A stretch of 64,000 nucleotides of DNA from a virus (IMGVR_UViG_3300048881_000780); one strand, 5' to 3'; positions 38,512-48,123 are shown, counted from the stretch's first letter. Made by a program: numbers and translations. Notes: a model not told the origin generated them from the letters alone.

Positions 38512-40257
38512 ATGAAAAGATACGTTTCAAAAACTAGATACTTACAATTTTTAAAATGTCCACTGGATATGTATATGAATACATATAATAGAGATCTCCT
38601 AGAATATGATCAGGGAATGAAAGATAGAATCGCTGAAGGTGATGAAATCGAATCATTATACGCAGTTAAGAATCCAGGCATGTTAGTTGATGAGGATTTT
38701 AAGGATTGGCAAGCGCAAAGAGATTCAACTGTAGAATACGAAAAGATGAAGGCCTCTAGAGTATTTGAAGCGACAATTTTAACTGACTGTATGAAGGCCT
38801 GTAGAGTAGATGCTCTTGAGTACAACGGTGACGGTAGTGTTACACAAAAAGAAATTAAAAACACAACTTCAATTAAAGAGAATGGAAAATATAAAGAGAA
38901 GTATATTCTCGATGCTTCTTTTCAGAGATGGTGTTTAAATTTAGCGGGTTACGTTGTTGATAGAACGTATATTGTATATCTAAATAAAGACTACGTTAGA
39001 GATGGTGAACTTGATCTTGACCAATTATTTATTGAAGAGGATGTAACCGATCAGTGTTTAAGACAGATTGAAAAATTTGAAAGTGATGATAAAACATCTG
39101 AAATTCTAGAAATTTTAGCCGATAGAGAAAATCCACCAGAAGTAACAATGTCTCTAGACTGTATTAAAGCAGGGAGAAATTGTAACTTTGAAAAGCATTG
39201 CTCTAGTAAGTGTGGTTTTGACAAGGCCTTTACGAGTAGATTATTTAATGCTTCTAAGCAGTGGGCACTTAGAAAGAAAGTAGTAAATGAAAATAAAATC
39301 TTCAAAATGGAAGATATGCCAGAAGTATTAGCTAAGAAATTAGCAAAGTTTGCAAAGCTTGATTACAATTTCACAATGGAGGGAAAATCTCTCTACTACG
39401 ACAAAATGCACTTAACTAACTTTTTAGATAGTTTAAATTGGCCTTTATATCAATTTGATTTTGAAACTTTTAAATCAGCTATCCCTAGATTTGATAAGTC
39501 TAGTCCACATCAACAAATACCTTTTCAGTACTCTTGTCACAAACAAGAGAGAAATGGAGAAGTAACTCATTCTGAATTTCTTCACATGGAAAGAGGTGAA
39601 AGAGTTGGACTTAGCGACCCTAGAGAGAAGTTAATTATTGCAATGATTGATTCACTTGGAGAAAGTGGTGATATTTTGGCTTGGAACTCTTCTTTTGAAG
39701 AATCTAGAGTTAAAGAATTAATTAGAGATTTCCCTCAATATAGAGAAAAGCTAGTAGCTATCTTTAAGAGATTTAAAACAGTAGATTCTCCATTTACAAA
39801 TAGAATGATTTATCTTCCATCTATGAAGTCGTCTTGGTCACTTAAGTATGTAGGACCTAGTGTACTTGGCGAGGAAGTTAATGATTATTCTGATTTACAA
39901 GTATCAAATGGTGCAGAGGCCATGAGTATCTATAATGACTTAGCTAAGAACGCTCACAATTACTCAGATAATGACCTAGCTAGAATTGAAAAGGGATTAT
40001 TGGTATATTGTAAGTACGATACTGAGAATCCAACTATGATAGTTGATTTTATGCACTGTATAGTAGGTAGAAATGAGCTTATAAGCGATTTAACTAAGAA
40101 ATCTAACCCTGAGTTACTTAATCGTTGGAATGAGCTTAAAAAGGATTCTAGAGAGTATGAGACTAGTGAGCAGGCCATTATTTTTTCTTATATGCAAAAG
40201 AAAATACAGAATGAGGCCAAGAAAGATAAATTAGCATTTTTAAAGGCGGGGTTTTAA
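38512..40257 (+). CDS. DUF2779 protein (Cas4-like PD-(D/E)XK N-terminus + RNase H-like exonuclease domain)
   Basis: SKTRY..FLKCP, VDAL...EIK, FDFET...QQIPFQYS, SWSLKYV, YCKYDT. Confidence 0.85.
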   Translation: MKRYVSKTRYLQFLKCPLDMYMNTYNRDLLEYDQGMKDRIAEGDEIESLYAVKNPGMLVDEDFKDWQAQRDSTVEYEKMKASRVFEATILTDCMKACRVDALEYNGDGSVTQKEIKNTTSIKENGKYKEKYILDASFQRWCLNLAGYVVDRTYIVYLNKDYVRDGELDLDQLFIEEDVTDQCLRQIEKFESDDKTSEILEILADRENPPEVTMSLDCIKAGRNCNFEKHCSSKCGFDKAFTSRLFNASKQWALRKKVVNENKIFKMEDMPEVLAKKLAKFAKLDYNFTMEGKSLYYDKMHLTNFLDSLNWPLYQFDFETFKSAIPRFDKSSPHQQIPFQYSCHKQERNGEVTHSEFLHMERGERVGLSDPREKLIIAMIDSLGESGDILAWNSSFEESRVKELIRDFPQYREKLVAIFKRFKTVDSPFTNRMIYLPSMKSSWSLKYVGPSVLGEEVNDYSDLQVSNGAEAMSIYNDLAKNAHNYSDNDLARIEKGLLVYCKYDTENPTMIVDFMHCIVGRNELISDLTKKSNPELLNRWNELKKDSREYETSEQAIIFSYMQKKIQNEAKKDKLAFLKAGF

Positions 40258-40635
40258 ATGATCACTTATGAGAAAACAGAAGATGGTGAAAATGTTTACT
40301 GTATACTTGGTGATAGAGTTATAACTGATTTTTACGATTTAATGGATGATGCCAATGATAAGATTGCATCAACAAATAAAGAACTCTATAAACAGATGAA
40401 ACTTGTCACTCAACTGCAAGATGCTCTAGAGGAAGCGGTCAATAGATTGGATTTCGCTAAAGAAGTTATCGTAAAGAAAGAAAATAAAGATATCGCCGAG
40501 GCCAATTATGAAGCTTCTAGAGAGTCCCTTGGGATTCTGAAAGCTTCAATCTCTCCACATCTAAAAGCTTCAAAGACTACTATGACTTTACACGAGCATC
40601 AAATTAGACTTCATAAAGGAATTACAGATGAATAA
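40258..40635 (+). CDS. hypothetical coiled-coil protein
   Basis: Abuts the upstream gene. Confidence 0.6.
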   Translation: MITYEKTEDGENVYCILGDRVITDFYDLMDDANDKIASTNKELYKQMKLVTQLQDALEEAVNRLDFAKEVIVKKENKDIAEANYEASRESLGILKASISPHLKASKTTMTLHEHQIRLHKGITDE

Positions 40636-40912
40636 TAATGAAGATCACTTGTGGATGAATACTGCTGAGATAAAAGAAGAATCTAAAATACTCTCAGTAT
40701 TAAGAGATAAGAAACTTTCAAATTCTAAAAAAGCTCAAAAGTTAGGATTTGAAAGAACCACTGTTAGGCTAAAAGAAAAAAGGACTTCCGTTTGGGTAAA
40801 GGGAGATAGTCTTTATAAGAGTGTAAACTCTTTAGTTACAAGTAGATTAAAGTATCCACTAGGATTTGATTTTTATTATTGGGGTAGACTAGCTAGAAAC
40901 GAATACTCGTAG
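40628..40912 (+). CDS. hypothetical protein
   Basis: Overlapping operon member. Confidence 0.55.
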   Translation: MNNNEDHLWMNTAEIKEESKILSVLRDKKLSNSKKAQKLGFERTTVRLKEKRTSVWVKGDSLYKSVNSLVTSRLKYPLGFDFYYWGRLARNEYS

Positions 40913-41071
40913 GATATAAAATGAAAGAAGTAGTTAAAAATTGGATTTTCACAGAGTGGGCCATGTTTAAGGGGCTACCGCTTTACCATCAAGAGCAGAA
41001 ATTGGATTTTATAATCTTTCTCTGTTATTTCTTTTTACTCATAGGCCTATGGATAAGAATTAGTAATCTCG

Positions 41072-41561
41072 ATGAGAAAAGATAGACCTTTCATATTTAA
41101 AATTGATACTCGCAATAATAAGACTCTCGAAATAGATCTCTATAGTCGTATTAAGTATAATTTTGTTATAGATTGGGGAGATGGCAGTTATGAAGAAGTT
41201 AAGTATTCACCCCTATCAGGGAATAAGGATTCAATTTGCCATAGTTATACTGGTGAAAATGTCTATACCGTAACGATATCAGGTAATGTTGAAGCAATGC
41301 TATTTAATAGTGAATCAAGGAAATGTCTTGTTGAAGTTATTGACCTTGGTGATTGCAACTGGAAGAGTTTATCTGAGATGTTTATTCGCTGTTCTAATCT
41401 TCAATCTTTCTCTGAAGGAATAACTCAATTTTTCAAAAAATGGATCTCAATCAATTTTAGTAAATAATTTTGCTAAGGATAGACTCTTTAAGAATGTTAC
41501 CAATATAAACGCCCTGGATGTTAATGCAATCTCTAATTCGTGATTGAGATCTATTGCTTAG
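41072..41561 (+). pseudogene. decayed PKD-like + DUF285 gene retaining a mutated NxW tail
   Basis: RPFIFKI..IDWGDG..DLGDCNW; repeats deleted with frameshift near 41430; second frame reads ...ILVNNFAKDRLFKN...SNS*LRSIA*. Confidence 0.75.
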
Positions 41562-41744
41562 TAACCATATAGGAACAACATTCTAGTCGGAGTTAGTTTA
41601 ATTCTGTTAAATAGAATATAGAAAAATACATTTAAGTTATTGACTAAAGGAGCTTTTTCTCCTCTTTTTTTATGTAAAAATAAGAACTAATTAATAATGC
41701 TTTGTAACTTGTAACAGTTGTTAATATTTTTGTTGAACATGATT

Positions 41745-42404
41745 CTATTTTACGAAAGAGTTTACTAGCTCGATATCTTCTTTTAAAGCGAAAAAAGATG
41801 ATCTACCTATGAATATTAATTCACAAACCTTCTTACAATTCCTCTCTTTATTAATTCTAAAAAAGGTTGCAAGATCTGCTCTAGGTGAAACACTCATTAG
41901 AAGTCTTCCTTTAATCCAAGGATTATTTTTAACAAGCCATTTTCGATCCATAAACTTTCTATCTTCTTGAAAAGGAATTTTTCTGTAGTTGACGCCAAAC
42001 TCATTTAAAAATGTATCTAAAGCTTCACGGGGGTATTTATTCGAAACGACATCAATCTCATTTTTTTGAAGCCTATTTTTAAGGTGAGATATGATTTTTA
42101 ACCATCTTCCTTTTGAATCTGAATCTCTAGCGATAGCACAAAGAGAGCCTAGTATTCTTAACTCTACATCATCTAGACCAATAGATAATTTTAAAAGAGC
42201 ATCTGTTCTTAAAAGATGTGAGTTTATATTAATCCACGTTCTTAAGAGTGAGTGGAATCTAGTTTCCTTTTTTATAAGAGATAATCCACATTCTTTAATC
42301 AACTCGACAATAAATACTTCAGGAGGAACAGTGTAGTTATTTATCCCTCCAGTAAAAGTAAAACCTAGCCCGTTTGCAATATTGTAAAGTCTATTCTTTA
42401 TCAA
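41745..42404 (-). CDS. NTase-associated protein with C-terminal HTH-like region (pair 3)
   Basis: NPWIKGRLLMSVSPRADL matches the pair 2 partner. Confidence 0.7.
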   Translation of the reverse strand: MIKNRLYNIANGLGFTFTGGINNYTVPPEVFIVELIKECGLSLIKKETRFHSLLRTWININSHLLRTDALLKLSIGLDDVELRILGSLCAIARDSDSKGRWLKIISHLKNRLQKNEIDVVSNKYPREALDTFLNEFGVNYRKIPFQEDRKFMDRKWLVKNNPWIKGRLLMSVSPRADLATFFRINKERNCKKVCELIFIGRSSFFALKEDIELVNSFVK

Positions 42405-42906
42405 AAATTGACTCCTCTGCTTGTTTTAAGTCAAAGATTTCGATAGTATTCAAATCGAAGCTTTCGACAAATGCTTTCGCTATTTTGTACTCATTTCTAC
42501 TTGGTTTTAAAGAAATAAGATCTTCAAGATCAAAATCTCTGTCTACAACTGCTTTTAATTTACTTGAAATTAGATCTTGCCGAGAAATCCCCTTGATTCG
42601 TAAGTGACTATAGCTCTTTATGTGTATCACTCTATCTATCCAGCCACTAGGTATTTGACTTTCAAATGCTTTAGCGTGATCATTGAGCCAGTTTTCTTCA
42701 TAACCTAATCTTTTGGCAACTGCATTACGGGCCTTATTTAGATTGTCGCTCATCTTAGGGGATAAAAAATCTATATCTCTTGTTGCACGATTAGAAATTT
42801 CACTAAGCACCAATAAAGCACCTCCGCAAATTACCAAGTTAATTCTTTCGTCAAATTTAGACAGCTCTTCATTTAGCAAAGTTAGGGACTTTTCTAAATC
42901 TATCAT
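42391..42906 (-). CDS. DUF6036-like nucleotidyltransferase (pair 3)
   Basis: ICGGALL...RATRDIDF...NWLND...PSGWIDR...DLEDL. Confidence 0.85.
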   Translation of the reverse strand: MIDLEKSLTLLNEELSKFDERINLVICGGALLVLSEISNRATRDIDFLSPKMSDNLNKARNAVAKRLGYEENWLNDHAKAFESQIPSGWIDRVIHIKSYSHLRIKGISRQDLISSKLKAVVDRDFDLEDLISLKPSRNEYKIAKAFVESFDLNTIEIFDLKQAEESIFDKE

Positions 42907-43125
42907 AGATCCTCCTATTTCTATTGTATCATAAATCCAAACTATTTGGACTATATTGGGTATAAGTATTATAAATTATTCAGTTAATTAGTAATTATTT
43001 TTGTTCTAAACGCATAAAAAGCTTCGTTATTTTAATAACTTAGGCAACTAGTAACTTTTCGAAACATATAAACAAGCACCACTATAGTTAAATACCAATT
43101 GAAGCTAAAAACTAAAGAATTAGAG

Positions 43126-43230
43126 ATTTTTGTGCTATTTAAAATACCCATTTATCATTTTTGTGCTATTTAAATTGCTATTTTCCATTTTTATGCCATT
43201 TAAACCACAATAATTGCTCTTTTATGCTAC
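43126..43230. repeat. iteron-like array: ~18-bp core x4 with 30-31 bp period
   Basis: ATTTTTRTGCYATTTAAA at 43126, 43157, 43187 and a degenerate copy at 43218. Confidence 0.75.
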
Positions 43231-43314
43231 CGCTTGGTTAGCGCAACGTAATCGAGAGAATAAAAAGTAATACCCCTTGTAATACGCTGAAATCACTTAG
43301 TAATCACCGAAGTG

Positions 43315-43771
43315 TTACCGCTTCTTAATCTTTAAAAAGCCCTCGTAGCAGGCACCTCTTTGATAATTACTACTAAAGTGACTACTAACTTCCAAATCAA
43401 ACTTAACAGTACAGAGAAAGTAGATAAACTTGATTCTAAATAATGTTTTCATAACCTCATGAAAGTTTTCCTTCTTCTTGATGAGCTTATTCAACTTTAA
43501 GTAATCTTCTTCGTGTCTTCTATTAAAGAGGGGCAATTCTTGATCCCTTAATATCCAACATAAATATGATGTACTAATATGAACTCTCTCAACTACCCCC
43601 ATATTTCAGGTAAGTAGTTCTTCCCTATTGAAAACTCGGGTAACCAATCATATTTTTAAGATGCTCTCTATTGTCGACTACGATATCCCCAACCTTAAAT
43701 TTAGATAAGAGCTCTCCCTGGTTTAGATCTATATACTTTATAAGTTCTCTAATTTTCTCTTTCTCATCCAT
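43315..43771 (-). pseudogene. frameshifted hypothetical gene
   Basis: AAGGAG + MDEKEKIRELIKYID..KFKVG(D)IVVDN broken by frameshifts, continuing into 43315-43602. Confidence 0.45.
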
Positions 43772-43846
43772 TAAAAGCTCCTTTTTCTTTGATCATAAAT
43801 ACCTGTAAATTTTAAATATGATCCAAAAAGTTGACACTTTTCATCT

Positions 43847-43862
43847 GGTTTACGTGTAAACC
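43847..43862. promoter_or_regulatory. 16-bp palindrome GGTTTAC-NN-GTAAACC, copy 1
   Basis: GGTTTACGTGTAAACC downstream of TTGACA (43831). Confidence 0.65.
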
Positions 43863-43879
43863 TTAACATAACGTGTTAA
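43863..43879. promoter_or_regulatory. 17-bp palindrome TTAAC-N7-GTTAA
   Basis: TTAACATAACGTGTTAA. Confidence 0.7.
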
Positions 43880-43913
43880 CATATACAACGAGAAATAAAA
43901 CATAGGAAAATAT

Positions 43914-44414
43914 ATGAATTTATCTGAACTAACAAATAGAGTAAATGAACTAGTAAATCAAAAAGGTTCATGGGCCGAGATCAGCTCTCTTTTATCTATC
44001 TGTCAAAAAAATAAATTATATTATCCTAAATTTGAAAAGTTCACTCACTGGGTTGAGTCACTAGAGATCGCTAAATCTACAGCAATTTGTATCAAAAGTG
44101 CTGGCGAGTACTGGCTAACTATTCAAGGAAAAGTAAATCCTGAACATATCGCTAGATGTCCAATTAAGGATAAATCTATTTTAACAAAGCTTAAATCTCT
44201 AGAAAGTAAGGGAACTCAATCTCATCAGAAAATGAAGGCCCTTAAAGAAAAAGTTATTTCTGGTGATGTAACTAGAGCAGAGTTATCTGCCCTATTAGAA
44301 CCAACTGGAAATGATAAAGTAAAGATTCAAATTAGAGATCTTAAAAAAGAAATAAAAGATAATCCTGAAGCTCTAGCACTTCTTTCTAAACTTCAAGAGA
44401 TGGTACTAGCGTAA
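43914..44414 (+). CDS. putative helical DNA-binding protein
   Basis: KLYYPKFEKFTHWVESLEIAKSTA resembles DUF3102/ParB-associated HTH segments. Confidence 0.5.
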   Translation: MNLSELTNRVNELVNQKGSWAEISSLLSICQKNKLYYPKFEKFTHWVESLEIAKSTAICIKSAGEYWLTIQGKVNPEHIARCPIKDKSILTKLKSLESKGTQSHQKMKALKEKVISGDVTRAELSALLEPTGNDKVKIQIRDLKKEIKDNPEALALLSKLQEMVLA

Positions 44415-44596
44415 TGAATTATTCTAATCACCCATTGCATTCACTGGACCCACCGTAATTTAACTAACTTTATTACAAATGGGTTCACGCCTACTCTCTT
44501 GGGACATACCTGGAGGAGTATAAAATCTATACCGCTAGTGGTATTTTAACTCTTCTCCAATTTCTCGAGAGCTCTATCTCTAAAAAGCATTTTTAG
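44414..44596 (+). pseudogene. small gene with two in-frame TAA
   Basis: TAATG-coupled start; MNYSNHPLHSLDPP*FN*LYYKWVHAYSLGTYLEEY... Confidence 0.4.
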
Positions 44597-44633
44597 AATA
44601 GGCATCCGTGCGCCCTTTTTATTTACCTAACTA

Positions 44634-44649
44634 GGTTTACAAGTAAACC
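44634..44649. promoter_or_regulatory. 16-bp palindrome GGTTTAC-NN-GTAAACC, copy 2
   Basis: GGTTTACAAGTAAACC. Confidence 0.65.
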
Positions 44650-44684
44650 AAATGATCTAGAGAAATTCTAGAAAGGGCACCACT

Positions 44685-45878
44685 ATGTCAGCAAAGAAGA
44701 AGGAAACTAAAAAAGATAATGAACTTAAGCGTTTTTTTAACCGTGAAGGTTTACAAGTAAACCTAGACTTTGAAAAAGAACTTAAGGCCATCGAAGAAAA
44801 TACTAAGATTGAAGCTGTTAGTGACCCTAGAGAATTAACTTTTGAACAAAAGGTCGCCAGATCAAAGGCCCTAATCATTGAGGCCGTTGAGCAATTTGGT
44901 ATCGACCAGGTATATACAGCATTCAGTGGTGGAAAGGATTCTGCCGTTGTTGCTCACCTGGTGGAGTCGATCTATCCAAAAATGGTTCCGGAAGTTTTCT
45001 GTAATACGGGCCTAGAATTACCTGAGATCGTTAAGATGGTTAAAAAGCACCGTGATCACTATAAGAGAAATGTAGTGATTTTAAGGCCAGTTAAGAGCTT
45101 TAGACAGGTTATTTCTGAGTATGGCTACCCTATCATCTCTAAACAGGTGGCGATGGCCATTTCTCGCTGGCAAAATACTAGTGATCCACTTCAGAGAATC
45201 CTTAGATGGCGTGGTGGAATCAATAGAAAGGGGAAAATGCAAAAAACTGGTGTTATCCCAAATAAGTTTAAGCACCTGGCACTAATGGGTGAATCTAAAA
45301 TTAAAGACTCTGAGGATTTCATGACGGATGAACTTAGAGAGAAGGTAAACGGAGCTCCAAACTTTAAGGTAACTGAGAGATGTTGTTACTTCTTTAAGAA
45401 GGCCCCTTTTGTTAAGTACGAAAAGGATCAAAAAAAGAAACTTGGACTTAAAAAGAGTGATAAATTTCTAGCTTTCACAGGTACTAGATCAGATGAGAGT
45501 TTTCTTAGAAAGCAGGACTTTTTAAAGTATGGTTGTAATGCTTTTAATAAAGGAAAACCAAGATCTAGACCTATCATGTTTTGGGATGACGAAGATGTAA
45601 ATAGATACATCAAAGAGTATAATGTAGAGATCTGTGAGGTCTACTATGATCAACATAGATTTTGCGAAGAAACTCAAAAGATCATTTTTGTTCCAGCTGA
45701 AGAGAGAACGGGCTGTATGTTCTGTGCTTATGGATTACATATGGACGTTAAAAAGGATCCAAAGAATACAAGATTTCATAGATTAAAATTAAGACACCCA
45801 AAGCTATATAAGTATTGTATGGAAAAGTTGGGATTTAGAAAAGTACTTAAGGAATATGTAGGGATTGATTTTGATTAA
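44685..45878 (+). CDS. PAPS reductase-family protein (copy 2)
   Basis: AFSGGKDS, CCYFFKK, GTRSDES, RTGCMFC. Confidence 0.88.
   Translation: MSAKKKETKKDNELKRFFNREGLQVNLDFEKELKAIEENTKIEAVSDPRELTFEQKVARSKALIIEAVEQFGIDQVYTAFSGGKDSAVVAHLVESIYPKMVPEVFCNTGLELPEIVKMVKKHRDHYKRNVVILRPVKSFRQVISEYGYPIISKQVAMAISRWQNTSDPLQRILRWRGGINRKGKMQKTGVIPNKFKHLALMGESKIKDSEDFMTDELREKVNGAPNFKVTERCCYFFKKAPFVKYEKDQKKKLGLKKSDKFLAFTGTRSDESFLRKQDFLKYGCNAFNKGKPRSRPIMFWDDEDVNRYIKEYNVEICEVYYDQHRFCEETQKIIFVPAEERTGCMFCAYGLHMDVKKDPKNTRFHRLKLRHPKLYKYCMEKLGFRKVLKEYVGIDFD
44748..44763. promoter_or_regulatory. 16-bp palindrome GGTTTAC-NN-GTAAACC, copy 3 (inside CDS)
   Basis: GGTTTACAAGTAAACC. Confidence 0.6.
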
Positions 45879-46194
45879 ACCCCTGGAGCATGGATGCTCT
45901 TTAAGTAGTTAATTAATCTAGTTTTTTTTGAGAGGTGATACATATAACTTATTATATATAGTATTATTGACAGGGATCTTGATCACAATCTAGAAAGAGC
46001 AATTGAAACGATGGGAGTAAAAATGCTTAAAAGTTTATCTAGCTCTTCTTTAGACATGTCTTCTCTATGATTATCTTTGTAATGACAATTCTTACAGTAG
46101 TTTTATTCTTTAAAGGACACAATCAACAATACCGCCTTGCGTTACAATTTAAATCATGCTACCATATCACTAAAACATCATCCTGTCGAACGAG

Positions 46195-46557
46195 GTGCCT
46201 ATGCCAGGTAATTATTCATGGAAGCTAAATATCAATCTGAATAAATCCATCGAAATCTCCAAAGAGATATTAGATTACATTTCAAATCTAGTCTCTGATG
46301 GTTGTACTAATTCTAGTATCTACATTAATAATAAAGATATTGGTAACTATCATTTAGAAATATTTGAAGATTCGTCGTTTATTGATTTTGCAGAAATTAA
46401 AGAACTTATACAAGAAGGTCATACCTTCCAATTCTTCAAATCTATAGGTGATGAAGTCGAACATCAAAAGTGCTCGAAATGTAGACTTATTGGCCCGTGG
46501 GAAAATATGAACTTTGTAGGAGAGGTCGTATGTAAAGAGTGTTTACTGGAGGATTAA
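46195..46557 (+). CDS. hypothetical protein with C-terminal CxxC pair
   Basis: CSKC...CKEC. Confidence 0.55.
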   Translation: MPMPGNYSWKLNINLNKSIEISKEILDYISNLVSDGCTNSSIYINNKDIGNYHLEIFEDSSFIDFAEIKELIQEGHTFQFFKSIGDEVEHQKCSKCRLIGPWENMNFVGEVVCKECLLED

Positions 46558-46586
46558 TATATATATAAACATTTTAAATATATAAT

Positions 46587-47030
46587 GTGATTATGAATAA
46601 TAGAGAATTTACATCTAAAGCAAATTGTGACCACTGTGGAGAGCCGTTAAAACCCATGAGAACTCTATCTTGGTTTGGAGAACATGTTATTTGCGCTGGT
46701 AGTGAAAAGTCATGTTCAAAGTTAGAGGACAAATTAAAGTCTCGACTTAGGAATAAGTACGGTGAAGATTTTGAGGGATGCGATAAACCTCTTACTGAAA
46801 TCATTAAAATGGCCCATGTTACTGATCGTGAACTCTATCAGAGTGCAAAAGATCAGGGTCTTAAGTCTAGTGAATTTAAAGGAAACCTTGATGACTTTAT
46901 TGAAGGTTTAATGGTTGCTAAGATTATAAGTAGAGATGATGGTCAAATTATGGAAGCTAGATTTGATGATGATTCTTTAGTATTAGAGTTTGACCACTAC
47001 GGAGTCTATAGAGTTGATATATCTGTATAA
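46587..47030 (+). CDS. hypothetical zinc-binding protein
   Basis: CDHCG...TLSWF...IC. Confidence 0.6.
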   Translation: MIMNNREFTSKANCDHCGEPLKPMRTLSWFGEHVICAGSEKSCSKLEDKLKSRLRNKYGEDFEGCDKPLTEIIKMAHVTDRELYQSAKDQGLKSSEFKGNLDDFIEGLMVAKIISRDDGQIMEARFDDDSLVLEFDHYGVYRVDISV

Positions 47031-47327
47031 CAAAACTTTTTTGATATACCTGGATACCCAATAATAAGAGCGTCAATCATTTTTTTGTTTAAATAGTTTT
47101 TCAAAGTACTTATAAGTATCTTTTTTAGTTATATCGATGTGTTTAACTTTAGCTCTTGAGATACCAGCGACTAACTTTAGCGATACTTTCTTTTTGTTTT
47201 TCTTTATTATTTTCATATTACTATTTTAACATAAAAGGCCACTTTAGACCTTTTTACTCCCCTGTAGTCGTCAATATGTCCAATAAATTGCACAAAATCA
47301 TCACTTTAGGCATAAAACGTCTGGTGA

Positions 47328-47609
47328 CTATAGATATCCCCACTTTCTATATAGTGGGTAATTTTCTTTCTTATCTTCAAATGCCTTATAGTATAAGTAC
47401 TCTGTGGCCACATCCTGACCAGATCTCCACATCAAGACTTTAGTTTTTTGATCAATGAAAAAATCTTTAAAGAGTTCGACCTCTCTTAATTCAGAAAAGA
47501 CACCCTCATTCAACAGATAGTGAAAATCTACTACTCCAGAACTACCATCGCTAAACTGTAGTTTTAGTTCATAGTTACTTATATATTCCGCTGAGATGAG
47601 ATTAATCAT
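47328..47609 (-). CDS. DUF2442 antitoxin-like protein
   Basis: YELKLQFSDGSSGVVDF...GVFSELR...LMWRSGQDVATEYLY. Confidence 0.8.
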   Translation of the reverse strand: MINLISAEYISNYELKLQFSDGSSGVVDFHYLLNEGVFSELREVELFKDFFIDQKTKVLMWRSGQDVATEYLYYKAFEDKKENYPLYRKWGYL

Positions 47610-48099
47610 CCTTAGAAACTCCAATAAATTTAACATCATGTAGAGACAATAGTTGTTGGCGCACTGTTGGATTTGGCATAAAACCATCTCTCTCTAGAAT
47701 ATCCCCATTGAAAAGAACTTTTAACTCGAAATAATTATCATGAGATCCATTGGGGTATTGCTCTTTTATAATCTTATTTATTTCTTTTGCATCTAGATTA
47801 ATGACTGGATAAGATCGACCATCAAATTTAATTTGATCAAATGAAGGAAAGCGAGGGTCATGACAATTAAGGTTAGTGATATATAGAGTGGCCTCTTTAT
47901 TCATTAATTCACTATTTTTAGCGGTTAGTAAACCTAGGGCCTCCTCTAGTTCAGTTCTATTGATATATAAATTACAATCGTCTCCGTGAATATGCACCAG
48001 GTTCGAGTACCCTTCTACTGGTTCAATAATCACTTCCCCATTTTTTAAAAACTCATCACCTAGTAAATCTCTCTCTGTTTGTATCTTTATTTTACTCAT
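47602..48099 (-). CDS. hypothetical protein upstream of DUF2442
   Basis: Overlaps the DUF2442 start. Confidence 0.6.
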   Translation of the reverse strand: MSKIKIQTERDLLGDEFLKNGEVIIEPVEGYSNLVHIHGDDCNLYINRTELEEALGLLTAKNSELMNKEATLYITNLNCHDPRFPSFDQIKFDGRSYPVINLDAKEINKIIKEQYPNGSHDNYFELKVLFNGDILERDGFMPNPTVRQQLLSLHDVKFIGVSKDD

Positions 48100-48123
48100 T
48101 AGCACTTTCCTTATTGTTAAGTA

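Noticed and set aside
33357-41543. Genome-wide TGA recoding (two in-frame TGAs, one at a Cys and one at a Trp position)
   Set aside because: TGA is a real stop elsewhere (ATGA/GTGA overlaps at 19907, 33120 and 50152), the Trp codons inspected are TGG, and ORFs are well packed under code 11
43126-43230. Mini-CRISPR interpretation of the spaced repeats
   Set aside because: Repeat about 18 bp, spacers 12-13 bp, non-palindromic, and no cas operon. The DUF2779 Cas4-like gene is a stand-alone family.
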